From the IMG/VR virus record IMGVR_UViG_3300014039_000010, positions 1 through 35,424 of that record: a stretch of 35,424 bases of DNA; one strand, 5' to 3'. Positions 22,776-32,437 of this stretch are shown piece after piece (positions within the stretch are counted from its first letter, which is position 1; each line of letters starts with the position of its first letter). Position numbers and translations under genes: made by a program. The stretch comes from a virus. Under the pieces are notes generated by a model. The model was not told where the DNA came from, did no database searches, and worked only from the letters and a program-made list of their open reading frames with translations.

Positions 22776-22820
22776 GACATTAAGAACGTCGACGGGACGA
22801 TAAAACGGGAGGTCATTTAT

Positions 22821-23438
22821 ATGGCAGATATAAATAATACTGCTACACAGCAGGACAACGGCACGCAGGCACAGGGCGGTAACAGTGCAAATAACACACA
22901 GACACAGACACAGACAGCTGGAGTTGATTATGACAAGATACAGGCTATGATCGACAAAGGTACTACGCAGAAAGAAAACGCAATCCTTAAATCGTACTTT
23001 GAACAGCAGGGTATGAGCGAGGATGATGTTAAATCTGCAATCGGTGATTGGAAATCACGTAAGCAGACACAGGCACAGGAGCAGACAGACAACTTTAATA
23101 AGTTGCAGGAAAGCAACAAGGCTTTGCAGGAACGACTTACACAGGAGCTTCTTAATAAGCAGGCGTTCAACGATTGCTTGGACTTAGGAATTGACAAGAA
23201 CACAATCCCGCACGTGATTAAGTGCGCAGACTTCACAGATGCGATCAACGAAAAGGGAGAGGTCAATGCAGAGAAGGTAAGAGCAAGCGTAGAGCAGGTA
23301 CTTAAAGATGTACCGGCTTTCAAGAGTTCCGCAAGCGAGAAGCAGGGCTTTAAGGTTGGAATCAGCGGAGAGCAGGACGACGCAACCGAACAGGAAAACG
23401 TCTTGCGTAAGGCTTTCGGTCTTGCACCTAAAAAGTAG
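22821..23438 (+). CDS. Scaffolding protein
   Basis: 205 aa with a Q/T-rich N terminus and a coiled-coil body. Directly upstream of the major capsid gene. Confidence 0.75.
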   Translation: MADINNTATQQDNGTQAQGGNSANNTQTQTQTAGVDYDKIQAMIDKGTTQKENAILKSYFEQQGMSEDDVKSAIGDWKSRKQTQAQEQTDNFNKLQESNKALQERLTQELLNKQAFNDCLDLGIDKNTIPHVIKCADFTDAINEKGEVNAEKVRASVEQVLKDVPAFKSSASEKQGFKVGISGEQDDATEQENVLRKAFGLAPKK

Positions 23439-23452
23439 AAAGGAGTAACAAA

Positions 23453-24502
23453 ATGGGCAATAACATTGCATTAGCGAAGGTTTACACAAATCTTCTGGAT
23501 GAAGTTTATCAGCAGTCGGCATTGACTGCAAATCTGGAATCAGATGCGACACTTGCAAGAGCAGGTGCAAATGCAAACGAGATCGTCATTCCTAAGCTGT
23601 CAATGGACGGACTTGCAGACTACAACCGTAACAGCGGCTATGTAGACGGCGACGTTGAGTTGACATGGGAGACAGCTAAGTTCAACTATGAAAGAGGTAG
23701 ATCCTTCACAGTTGACGACATGGATAACGAAGAGACACAGAACATTGCGTTCGGTCGTCTTGCGGGCGAGTTTATCCGTACAAAGGTTGTTCCAGAGCTT
23801 GACGCATTCAGATTCGCTATATATGCGGGTACAAAGGATGCAGGCACAGCAACAGGTACACTGTCAGATGGCGCAGGCGTAATCGCAGCACTTAGAGCTG
23901 CTACATCTGCTATGGACGAGGCAGAAGTACCGATGGAAGATCGTCATCTCTACATCACACCGACACTGTACGGACTTGTACAGGATCTTGACACTACTAA
24001 GTCAAGAGAGGTACTGGGAAGATTCGCTTCTATTACACAGGTGCCGCAGACAAGATTCTACTCTGCTATTGACTTGCAGGATGGCAAGACAGAAGGCGAA
24101 GAGAAGGGCGGATTTAAGAAAGCAGATCACAAGCAGGAGTACACAGTTTCTTCTGCACAGACAGATTTTATCGTAACTGCAAAGCCTGCATCTGTACAGA
24201 AGGTTACACATAATGGCGAATCCGTGGACTTTTCATACGATGCAACTAGCGGCAAGGTTACGATTGCCTCTGTATCTTCTGGCAAGGTTGTAGTTATCTA
24301 CGACACAGGTGTTGAGCTTAACTTTGAGATCATTCACAAGCCAGCAGTATTGCAGTTCACAAAGCACGCAGTACCGAAGATCATCGCACCGGAGCAGAAC
24401 CAGAACGCCGATGCTTGGAAGTACGGATATCGTAACTACGGTCTTTGCGATACTTACGAGAACAAGGCGGCAGGTATCTACGTACATAAGAAGGCACTGT
24501 AA
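23453..24502 (+). CDS. Major capsid protein
   Basis: 349 aa. Position after the scaffold gene and an SPP1 gp13-like N terminus (IALAKVYTNLLDEVYQQSALT). Confidence 0.85.
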   Translation: MGNNIALAKVYTNLLDEVYQQSALTANLESDATLARAGANANEIVIPKLSMDGLADYNRNSGYVDGDVELTWETAKFNYERGRSFTVDDMDNEETQNIAFGRLAGEFIRTKVVPELDAFRFAIYAGTKDAGTATGTLSDGAGVIAALRAATSAMDEAEVPMEDRHLYITPTLYGLVQDLDTTKSREVLGRFASITQVPQTRFYSAIDLQDGKTEGEEKGGFKKADHKQEYTVSSAQTDFIVTAKPASVQKVTHNGESVDFSYDATSGKVTIASVSSGKVVVIYDTGVELNFEIIHKPAVLQFTKHAVPKIIAPEQNQNADAWKYGYRNYGLCDTYENKAAGIYVHKKAL

Positions 24503-24514
24503 GGCGGTGATTTC

Positions 24515-24631
24515 ATGGGAAGAATCGTAGGACTTATCCCAGAGCCAGAGAAGCCACAGACACAGGATAAGAAGCAGGTAAAAAAGCCTGCTTCAAAGCC
24601 TGTTAAATCTTCTGTAAAAGCGGAAAAATAA
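24515..24631 (+). CDS. Small Lys/Pro-rich protein (38 aa)
   Basis: ATG 24515. Below the track cutoff and of low complexity. Confidence 0.3.
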   Translation: MGRIVGLIPEPEKPQTQDKKQVKKPASKPVKSSVKAEK

Positions 24632-24643
24632 GGGGGTGCTTGA

Positions 24644-25024
24644 ATGTACGCAACAGTTGAATATTACAAGGAGACGTACAAAGGCAACCTTGATGATGCA
24701 GATGCAGAAAAGGCTTTGCGTAAGGCGAGCAGGCACATCGACACGCTCACATTCAATCGAATTGTAGGCATCGGCTTTGACAACTTGACTGAGTATCAGC
24801 AGGGAATCGTCGAAGAGTGCGCTTGCCTTATGGCAGACTGGGAGACAGATAACGCAGATTATATTGACAGTATGCTTACAAGCTATTCGCTAAACGGTGC
24901 AAGCATGAGCTTTACTGGTAGTAGTGCAGGAGCCGCGCTTGTGGATGGCATCGTAGTAAGTCGTGATATATATTCACACTTGCAGAAGTGCGGATTGACA
25001 AGCCGAGTGTTGAGGGGGTGCTGA
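24644..25024 (+). CDS. Head-tail connector / adaptor protein
   Basis: 126 aa, first gene after the capsid gene. The N terminus YATVEYYKETYKG......EKALRKASRHID is typical of gp6/gp15-type adaptors. Confidence 0.65.
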   Translation: MYATVEYYKETYKGNLDDADAEKALRKASRHIDTLTFNRIVGIGFDNLTEYQQGIVEECACLMADWETDNADYIDSMLTSYSLNGASMSFTGSSAGAALVDGIVVSRDIYSHLQKCGLTSRVLRGC

Positions 25025-25025
25025 T

Positions 25026-25364
25026 ATGGGCTTCCCTTGCTTGGTAGATAGAAGGTTCTGCAAAACGCCTGTAAAGGTAGTCATAGAATCAGACGAACTA
25101 TCCGAAGATGGCGAACTTGTACCCGCTTTTGAGGTCGAGACGACTTGCAACTTGCAGATGGGTGCAAAGGCGAGCTTGTCAAAGGACAAAGAAAGAATCG
25201 AGCTATCCGGCGTTGCTTTGTTTGTCGGCGATTTGTGTCCTACTCTTCCGGTTATAGCGTCGGGTACGGCGACTATAAACGGCAAAGAGTACACGATCAA
25301 CAAAGGCACAAAGAATTATAACCCGGACGGCACTATCAATTATACGACATTGGAGTTGATATAA
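25026..25364 (+). CDS. Head-closure / neck protein
   Basis: 112 aa. Assigned by synteny in the neck module. Confidence 0.55.
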   Translation: MGFPCLVDRRFCKTPVKVVIESDELSEDGELVPAFEVETTCNLQMGAKASLSKDKERIELSGVALFVGDLCPTLPVIASGTATINGKEYTINKGTKNYNPDGTINYTTLELI

Positions 25365-25738
25365 TGGCGGGTAATGTACAAGTATCAAGTCGAATTGAAT
25401 TAGATCAAGCGATTTTGAGCAGACTTGACGAGGCGGCATATGAGGCACTTGCCGAGACAGCAGATGCAACCTTGACAGAGTTAAGGGATAGACAGGTTAT
25501 GCCGTTTGATACAGGTAATATGCAGAATGACAGTACAAGTGTAGATGACAGTCAAAGGGATAAGGTCAGCATAGCTACCACTGCACCACAGGCGAGGCGG
25601 TTATACTTTCATCCGGAATACAATTTCCGAAGAAATAATAACCGAAAAGCGGGCGGGCATTGGTTTGATAGTCTTTTGAATGATACGTTTATCTTGGAGG
25701 CGTTCTGCAAATTATTAAAGCAGAAAGGGGGGCTTTGA
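25364..25738 (+). CDS. Neck / tail-attachment protein (HK97 gp10-like position)
   Basis: 124 aa, with an ATGA-type overlap. Assigned by synteny. Confidence 0.55.
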   Translation: MAGNVQVSSRIELDQAILSRLDEAAYEALAETADATLTELRDRQVMPFDTGNMQNDSTSVDDSQRDKVSIATTAPQARRLYFHPEYNFRRNNNRKAGGHWFDSLLNDTFILEAFCKLLKQKGGL

Positions 25739-26137
25739 TTGGTTGCATTATCAGATATAAGAGATTGGTTGAAGTCCTTCAAACTGTTTGATAGCTACTA
25801 TATCGGTAGACTTGATACAAAGAAAAAGAATAGCTTGGGTGTCTACAATCTGCAAGACGACGGCAGACGAGAAGTCATAGGCGACTTGAAAAAGTATGAT
25901 AAAAAAGGCGTGAGTTTGCTTATACATGGTGATACGAACAAGACAAATACAGAGCGCAAAGCTTTTGATTTATACGAGAAGCTTGAAGGTCTTATATCTT
26001 CTTGTGAGTATCCAGAGATAGGCGGGAAGAAGGTCTTTTTCATAGCATTGTTAAACAATGAGCCGGTTGATGTAGACAACGACAAGGATAATATATACGA
26101 GTATGTAATAGAGTTAAATATCTACTTTGAAAAGTAG
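25739..26137 (+). CDS. Tail-completion / tail-terminator-position protein
   Basis: 132 aa, TTG start. Directly upstream of the tail tube gene. Confidence 0.55.
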   Translation: MVALSDIRDWLKSFKLFDSYYIGRLDTKKKNSLGVYNLQDDGRREVIGDLKKYDKKGVSLLIHGDTNKTNTERKAFDLYEKLEGLISSCEYPEIGGKKVFFIALLNNEPVDVDNDKDNIYEYVIELNIYFEK

Positions 26138-26151
26138 AGAAAGGAGATCGC

Positions 26152-26619
26152 ATGGGTAAAGTAACGAGCGGAGTTTTCCCGGTGCATGCTGGAAGCTTTG
26201 AAGTTGATACAAGCGAGGCACCACATACTACTCCGGTATGGAGCACTGTTGCAGAGCTTGAGGAAGTAAATCTTGAGATTGACAACAACACAGAGACATG
26301 GAGTTCCTTTGCGGCAGGTGGTTGGGAATCAGCACTTGTAACAGGTAAGTCAGCAAAGATCACTCTTTCTGGTAAGCGTTGCATCGGTGATGCAGGTAAC
26401 GACTTGATCGCAAGCAAGCTTCTTTGCACAGGGCAGGATGCTTATATCAAGTGTAGAATCTGCCATCCAGATGGTTCAACACTTATCTGGGATAAGGCGG
26501 CTTGTGGCGTTAAGAACAACGGCGCAGGCGGTAAGGCGACCGATGTAGGCGCGCTGGAAGCAGAGCTTGCATGTCACGGCAAGCCGACAGAAGGTACGAT
26601 CGACGATGGCGGACAGTAA
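26152..26619 (+). CDS. Major tail (tube) protein
   Basis: 155 aa. It is followed by a terminator and then the chaperone pair and tape measure, which is the canonical order. Confidence 0.75.
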   Translation: MGKVTSGVFPVHAGSFEVDTSEAPHTTPVWSTVAELEEVNLEIDNNTETWSSFAAGGWESALVTGKSAKITLSGKRCIGDAGNDLIASKLLCTGQDAYIKCRICHPDGSTLIWDKAACGVKNNGAGGKATDVGALEAELACHGKPTEGTIDDGGQ

Positions 26620-26628
26620 GTAATCTTT

Positions 26629-26661
26629 ATAGGGTGGGGTTGAATGCCCTACCCTATTTTT
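26629..26661 (+). terminator. Rho-independent terminator or attenuator after the tail tube gene
   Basis: ATAGGGTGGGG 26629-26639 pairs with CCCTACCCTAT 26647-26657 (one G-U), followed by TTTTT. Confidence 0.65.
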
Positions 26662-26695
26662 ATATAAAAATCTAAAAAAAGGATGGTAAAAGATT

Positions 26696-27040
26696 ATGGT
26701 AGTAGATTTCAGCAGTAAGCTTAATTTCGAGGCAAAACAGATTAAATTCGTAGATAAGGTGTACACGCTAAAGACAGATCACAAGACAGGTCTTTTGTTG
26801 CAGGATATGCAGAAGAAAAAGGGCAACGAGGATGGAATCGAGGACAAGATCTTGAAGCTTGTCTTAGGTGAAAAGCAGTATGATGAGCTTATGGAAGAGA
26901 TCGAAGTAACAGGCACAGAGAGAGGATCCGTGAACTACACAGAGAACATGGAAACAATCCTTTGTGCAGTTATCGCAACGCTTTACAATCAAGACTACGA
27001 CGAGTTTAGAGCAAAGGCGGAACAGCAGGCAAAAAAATAG
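26696..27040 (+). CDS. Tail assembly chaperone (G-like)
   Basis: 114 aa, upstream of the tape measure gene. It ends in the slippery run GCA AAA AAA TAG. Confidence 0.75.
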   Translation: MVVDFSSKLNFEAKQIKFVDKVYTLKTDHKTGLLLQDMQKKKGNEDGIEDKILKLVLGEKQYDELMEEIEVTGTERGSVNYTENMETILCAVIATLYNQDYDEFRAKAEQQAKK

Positions 27041-27348
27041 AGAGCTACTATGACTTAGTGGATGACTATGACTTGATAGAAGCGAGCTTTCAAGCGCAGT
27101 ACGGCATAAGACTAAAGACAGCAGAGCTTAATTTCGACGAGTTCTTAAATCTTACATCGTGTCTTATGCCAGACACACCACTTGGGCAGATAGTAGCGAT
27201 TAGAAGTGAAGATGATCCGGACGTTATTAAAGAATTTAATAGCGCACAGAAAAAGATATATAACGATTGGCGAAATCGTAATAAGTCAAATAGTGAGCAA
27301 GAGTATAGAGAAAGCATGGATAAGCTTTTCGCTATGCTTCGAGCTTAG
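26696..27348 (+). CDS. Tail assembly chaperone -1 frameshift fusion (G-T-like)
   Basis: Heptamer A_AAA_AAA at 27031-27037, just before the stop. The -1 frame is open from there (ATA GAG AGC ...) through the track ORF 27058..27348, which is Gp15-like. Confidence 0.65.
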
Positions 27349-27362
27349 GAAGGGGGTTTAGT

Positions 27363-30032
27363 ATGGCACAGACAGTAGGTGCGGTTGCACTTGATATAGT
27401 TATGGGTAAGAATAACGTGAGTAGCGCTGTCAAAGGTGCTGTGAACGAGGCGCAGAATGCCGCGAGTTCTGGAAGCTCAAAGATTAAGAGCGCATTAAGC
27501 GGGATTGGCACGGCGGCAAAGACAGTCGGCAAGGTTGCGGTTGCAGGACTTGGTGTTGCGGCGGCAGGCATTACCGCAGTCGGTAAGACTGCAATAGATG
27601 AGTATGCGAACTACGAACAGTTGGTCGGTGGTGTTGACACGCTTTTCAAGAGCAGTAGCCAGAAGGTGCAGCAGTACGCGGCAAACGCATATCAAACGGC
27701 TGGTATGTCCGCAAATACGTATATGGAGACAGTAACGAGCTTTTCTGCATCACTGTTGCAGTCGCTTGGCGGAGACACAGAAAAGGCGGCAGAACAGGCG
27801 AACAAAGCCGTTGTAGATATGTCCGATAATGCAAACAAGATGGGTACAAATATCGAGGATATCCAGCACGCATACCAAGGCTTTGCGAAGCAGAACTACA
27901 CTATGCTTGACAACCTTAAACTCGGATATGGCGGTACGAAAGAGGAAATGGAGCGACTTCTTGCGGATGCTGAGAAGATATCCGGCATTAAGTACGATAT
28001 ATCAAGTTATAGTGATATTGTAGATGCAATTCATGTAGTACAGGATGAAATGGGTATCACGGGCACGACAGCAAAGGAAGCAAGCACAACTATTGAGGGT
28101 TCTATCAACTCCATGAAAGGTGCATGGTCTAACCTTATGACAGGTTTGGTCGACAGTAATCAGAATATGACGACCTTAACGACCAACTTCGCAAACAGTC
28201 TCTTTACTGTTGCAGATAACATTGTGCCGCGTATTACGCAGGTGTTATCCGGAATAGCAAGTGCGATAGATCAGCTTGCACCGAAAATGACAGAGAAGAT
28301 ACCGGGCATCTTAAATCAGTTATTGCCGGCACTTGTCAGCGGTGCGACTTCCCTCGTCAATTCGCTTGTTACAGTGCTTCCGGGTATCCTTGGCGCGCTG
28401 ACAGGCATCTTGCCGCAGTTGATTGAGGGCGTGGCTACGATTATACAGGGTATATGCAATGCACTGCCGCAGTTGGTGCAGGCGATAGTCGATGCGCTAC
28501 CTTCAATTATACCGGCACTTGTGTCCGGCCTTATCAATGTTGCAGTTAGTCTTATGACGATGCTTCCGCAGATTATCCAGCCGATTATTACGGCATTGCC
28601 GACGATTATCAGTTCGCTTGTGCAAGCATTGATCGCGAATCTTCCGCTATTGATTGCCGGGGCAATTCAGCTTGTTATTGGACTTGTAGCGGCACTCCCA
28701 GAAATCATAGCGGCACTTATAAATGCTATGCCTATGATTGTACAGGGTATCGCAGACGGAATTGTGCAAGCGGGGCATATCTTGACAGAAAAAGCGGGTG
28801 CAATCTTTGAACCTTTGAAGGGCATAGTGCAGGGTGCATGGACGGCAATTAAGACAATTATTGAGGGCGTGCTTACGGCAATCGTTGCAGTAGTTGGCGG
28901 AATATGGATGGCAATTCAGACGGTGATTACAACCGCAATGAATATTATAAAGACAATTATTGAGACTGTATGGAATGTCATAAAGACGGTTATTACGACA
29001 ATTATTACGGCAATTCAAACAGTCATAACGACTGTCTGGAACATTATTAAGACAGTAGTAACGACAGTTGTAACAGCGATTCAGACAGTTATTACGACAG
29101 TATTTAATACAATCAAGACTGTTATAACTACAATCATAAATGCAATAAAGACAGTTATCACAACCGCTTGGAATGCGATTAAGACGGCAGTGACAACAGT
29201 TGTGAATGCAATCAAGACTGTTATTGAGACAGTTTGGAACGCAATAAAGACAGTAGTAACAACGGTCGTGGGCGGTATTAAGAATGCAGTAAGTACAGCT
29301 TGGAACGGCATTAAAACTGCAACGTCTACGATCTTTGGCGGTGTAAAGAGTGCAGCAAGCACAGCCTGGAACGGCATTAAGTCAACGGTATCCACGCTTG
29401 CAAATGGCGCAAAGAGCGCAGCATCTAAGGCGTGGGAAGGTATCAAGTCGAGCATTCAGAACAACAGTGGCGGGATTCAGAACGCGGTATCAAATTGCTT
29501 CAATGGCGCAAAAGATAAGATTTCAAGCTTTGCATCGCAGGCGGTAAGCTGGGGTGCAGATTTCGCGAACGGACTTGCAGATGGTATCAAGGGTGCAGCA
29601 GGCAAGGTTGTTGACGCGGCAAAGAGCTTGGGAAACAAGATTAAAGAGTTCCTGCACTTCTCACGACCAGACAAAGGACCACTTCGTGATTACGAGACTT
29701 GGATGCCGGACTTTGTGCAGGGAATGGCAAACGGAATCGACCAGAACAAGTACAGGTTAATAAATTCTGTACAGAAAATGGCAAATCAGATGGTTATGCC
29801 TGCTATACAGGCACCTGCATTGAAGAACGTCGGAGCAGGCACAGGCTATACTTCAAACCCTAGTACAAGTACGAGTGATGACAGACTGTACGGCTTGCTT
29901 ACTCAGCTTGTAGCCGGTATCAATCGCATGGGCGATATTACAGTGCCGGTATACCTTGGAAACGACTTGATCGACGAACAAATCATAAAAGCGAACGATC
30001 GTAGAACGCTTAGAAGTGGAGGCAGGGCATAA
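27363..30032 (+). CDS. Tape measure protein
   Basis: 889 aa, the longest gene. It has hydrophobic LP-rich and repeat segments and sits after the chaperones. Confidence 0.9.
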   Translation: MAQTVGAVALDIVMGKNNVSSAVKGAVNEAQNAASSGSSKIKSALSGIGTAAKTVGKVAVAGLGVAAAGITAVGKTAIDEYANYEQLVGGVDTLFKSSSQKVQQYAANAYQTAGMSANTYMETVTSFSASLLQSLGGDTEKAAEQANKAVVDMSDNANKMGTNIEDIQHAYQGFAKQNYTMLDNLKLGYGGTKEEMERLLADAEKISGIKYDISSYSDIVDAIHVVQDEMGITGTTAKEASTTIEGSINSMKGAWSNLMTGLVDSNQNMTTLTTNFANSLFTVADNIVPRITQVLSGIASAIDQLAPKMTEKIPGILNQLLPALVSGATSLVNSLVTVLPGILGALTGILPQLIEGVATIIQGICNALPQLVQAIVDALPSIIPALVSGLINVAVSLMTMLPQIIQPIITALPTIISSLVQALIANLPLLIAGAIQLVIGLVAALPEIIAALINAMPMIVQGIADGIVQAGHILTEKAGAIFEPLKGIVQGAWTAIKTIIEGVLTAIVAVVGGIWMAIQTVITTAMNIIKTIIETVWNVIKTVITTIITAIQTVITTVWNIIKTVVTTVVTAIQTVITTVFNTIKTVITTIINAIKTVITTAWNAIKTAVTTVVNAIKTVIETVWNAIKTVVTTVVGGIKNAVSTAWNGIKTATSTIFGGVKSAASTAWNGIKSTVSTLANGAKSAASKAWEGIKSSIQNNSGGIQNAVSNCFNGAKDKISSFASQAVSWGADFANGLADGIKGAAGKVVDAAKSLGNKIKEFLHFSRPDKGPLRDYETWMPDFVQGMANGIDQNKYRLINSVQKMANQMVMPAIQAPALKNVGAGTGYTSNPSTSTSDDRLYGLLTQLVAGINRMGDITVPVYLGNDLIDEQIIKANDRRTLRSGGRA
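28836..29462 (+). repeat. Intragenic tandem array inside the tape measure gene: 19 units of 33 nt (11 aa, consensus xW/xNAIKTVITT)
   Basis: The protein segments exactly into 19 consecutive 11-mers, from AWTAIKTIIEG to AWEGIKSSIQN. Trp falls on alternate units, giving a 22-aa super-period. Confidence 0.85.
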
Positions 30033-30376
30033 TGGATTTAATTAAATTAAACGACTATACACCGCCTGCACCGACGACGTACACGGTCGATTATAGCGAT
30101 GTGAACGGAGAAGAAAGCGGGCTTGAGGATGGCACAACGTATCTTGAACAGGTGCGAGCAGATGTGCCAGAGATAAAGGTCGGCTGGACGAATCTTACGC
30201 AGTCACAGGCGACAGATATTACAACGATCATGTCAAATGACGTTATCACAGTGCAGTACCTTTACGGCACTATGCAGACGGCAAAGATGCGAAAAAGCAA
30301 CAGGAGCTTGAAGCTTAAATTCATTGACGACAACGGTAACACGTACTGGAATCTTGATTTCACGCTTAAAGGATAA
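30032..30376 (+). CDS. Tail protein at the distal-tail-protein position (unusually short, 114 aa)
   Basis: ATGG overlap with the tape measure stop. Assigned by synteny only. Confidence 0.5.
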   Translation: MDLIKLNDYTPPAPTTYTVDYSDVNGEESGLEDGTTYLEQVRADVPEIKVGWTNLTQSQATDITTIMSNDVITVQYLYGTMQTAKMRKSNRSLKLKFIDDNGNTYWNLDFTLKG

Positions 30377-30388
30377 GGGGGTGGCTGT

Positions 30389-32437
30389 ATGTATGCAGTA
30401 AGCGATGCTTACAAGGTGGCAGTAGCAGACAGCCACAGAAAGAGCAAGATGCGAGGTGTATTGACGGTAGGATCTACCGTCATAAACCTTGACGATAACG
30501 ACATTATAAAAGACACTGTATATATCACAAATCAATGCACGAACGGCAACGAATACGAGTATGGATGCACATATGCCGCCGAGTGTGGGTTGACGATTAA
30601 AAGCGCAGTAGACAGATATAGCTTATATGATGCAGAGCTTAAGTTATACTGGTCTTTGTGGACTGGTACGGCATGGGAAGAAATCCCGCTCGGTGTCTTT
30701 CATATTAGCGAACCGAACAGAGTAAACGATAAGATCAGTTTGAAAGCCTTGGACGGCATGACAAAGCTTGATGTAGATATCACAGACGACACGCAAGGCA
30801 CTATGCCGCAGTTGGTATCGTGGATTGCAGAAAAGTGCGGTGTTGAGCTTGCGCAGTCAGAATCAGAGCTTGGTGCGTTCGTCAATGGCAATATACAGTA
30901 TAGCGTACAGGTAGATAAAGTTGAGACATACAGAGACTTGTTATCTTATGCGTGTCAGATGTCAGCTTGCTTTGCGACGTTTGACAGATACGGCAAATTG
31001 AAGCTTGTACAGTATGCAAAAGATACGGCAGTGACACTTGCAAAAAAGCAGAGGTTCACGAACGGTACTTTTTCAGATTATACGACTAAATTTGTCGGTA
31101 TAAAGGCACGATTTATCGCGGATGAAAACTACGCACCGTATGAGGCAGGAGAGACAGGAACGGGGCTTATACTCGACATGGGCGATAATCCAATCGTGCG
31201 AGGACTTCCAGAAACAAAGCACGCAGTCCTTGATGCGGTGTTTGAAGTTTTAAAAGACGTAAGCTATACGCCGTTTGAGATTGAAACAATGGGAAATCCC
31301 GCGCTTGATCTGGGCGACTATGTGAAGAATGTCTCGGTAAGTAAGGATAACAAGACATATTTAAGTCCGATCACGTACTACTACTGGACGTACAGAGGCA
31401 AGCATAAGCTTCGTGCCGTGGGTGGTAATCCGAAGCTGTCCGGCGTAAAGAATAAGCAAGGCAAGCAGATATCAAGTCTTGAAGGAGAAATCAGTTCTAA
31501 AAGTATCCAGATCAAGAGTTATGTCAATGCAGAGGATATATCTTTCAGTAGTGAGGAAAAAGAGATTGCTGCACTTAACTATGCAGCAACAGAAGCAAGC
31601 AAGCTTATATTGCTTATGACTGTGCGACTTAGTGTGTCGCTTGACGGTGTGCTTGTAATTAAGTTTTATACAGATGCACAAGAGGACACTGAGAGGGTGT
31701 TTAAAAAGTATCTCGATCGCGGTGAACACTTTGTGTCTTTATCAGAGCTTTATGCAGTAGAGATGAACGATAGGCACACTTTAAGTATTAAGGCGCATAT
31801 GGAATACTTCGAGAGCGATACAAGAAAGCAAGATGCAGACATTGCGACAAGCAAAAATTTCCTTGCGGCACTTAGTACGACAGGTGCGACAGTTACAGAT
31901 AACATCGTGCAATTTCCAGCATATGCGCCGGGCGTGATTGATACGACTGTGCCGACTGCAACGGTCAAAACGGGCGGATCTAAAGCGTTCATATACGGAC
32001 AAGGTCTTGCTGGCGATGGCAAGTGGGATGGAACTATCAACTTTAGTGAAGATATCAACAAAGTCATCCAGTTTACAGGTGGCTTGTCGTTTGATAAGAA
32101 CGTGTCAGAAGGTATCAACACGTCAACACAGGTGCCAAAGGGCGCAAGTATCGCTGTTGGGCTTGGGCGCGTACAGTTCACTGGATCGCTTAACTTTGAG
32201 CCGGCAGAGATATATACAGATATTATTGAAGTTATCAAAGATTATAGGTTTAACACGGACAAAGCGGACGTATATGAGTTTGACAAGTATGTCACGACAA
32301 ATAACGATATGTTTGCTTTAAAAACTATATATAATTATGAAAGTGCCGAAGAGACGATCGACAGTGGCAAAATGTGCTCAGTTGCGATTGATCTTACCGG
32401 CATTACGGCAGAAAGCGTGGTGATTAAGAGTGAGTAG
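30389..32437 (+). CDS. Tail tip / baseplate hub protein (Tal position; prophage tail endopeptidase-like N terminus)
   Basis: 682 aa. MYAVSDAYKVAV.....K.......G is typical of siphovirus tail-tip proteins. Supported by synteny. Confidence 0.65.
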   Translation: MYAVSDAYKVAVADSHRKSKMRGVLTVGSTVINLDDNDIIKDTVYITNQCTNGNEYEYGCTYAAECGLTIKSAVDRYSLYDAELKLYWSLWTGTAWEEIPLGVFHISEPNRVNDKISLKALDGMTKLDVDITDDTQGTMPQLVSWIAEKCGVELAQSESELGAFVNGNIQYSVQVDKVETYRDLLSYACQMSACFATFDRYGKLKLVQYAKDTAVTLAKKQRFTNGTFSDYTTKFVGIKARFIADENYAPYEAGETGTGLILDMGDNPIVRGLPETKHAVLDAVFEVLKDVSYTPFEIETMGNPALDLGDYVKNVSVSKDNKTYLSPITYYYWTYRGKHKLRAVGGNPKLSGVKNKQGKQISSLEGEISSKSIQIKSYVNAEDISFSSEEKEIAALNYAATEASKLILLMTVRLSVSLDGVLVIKFYTDAQEDTERVFKKYLDRGEHFVSLSELYAVEMNDRHTLSIKAHMEYFESDTRKQDADIATSKNFLAALSTTGATVTDNIVQFPAYAPGVIDTTVPTATVKTGGSKAFIYGQGLAGDGKWDGTINFSEDINKVIQFTGGLSFDKNVSEGINTSTQVPKGASIAVGLGRVQFTGSLNFEPAEIYTDIIEVIKDYRFNTDKADVYEFDKYVTTNNDMFALKTIYNYESAEETIDSGKMCSVAIDLTGITAESVVIKSE

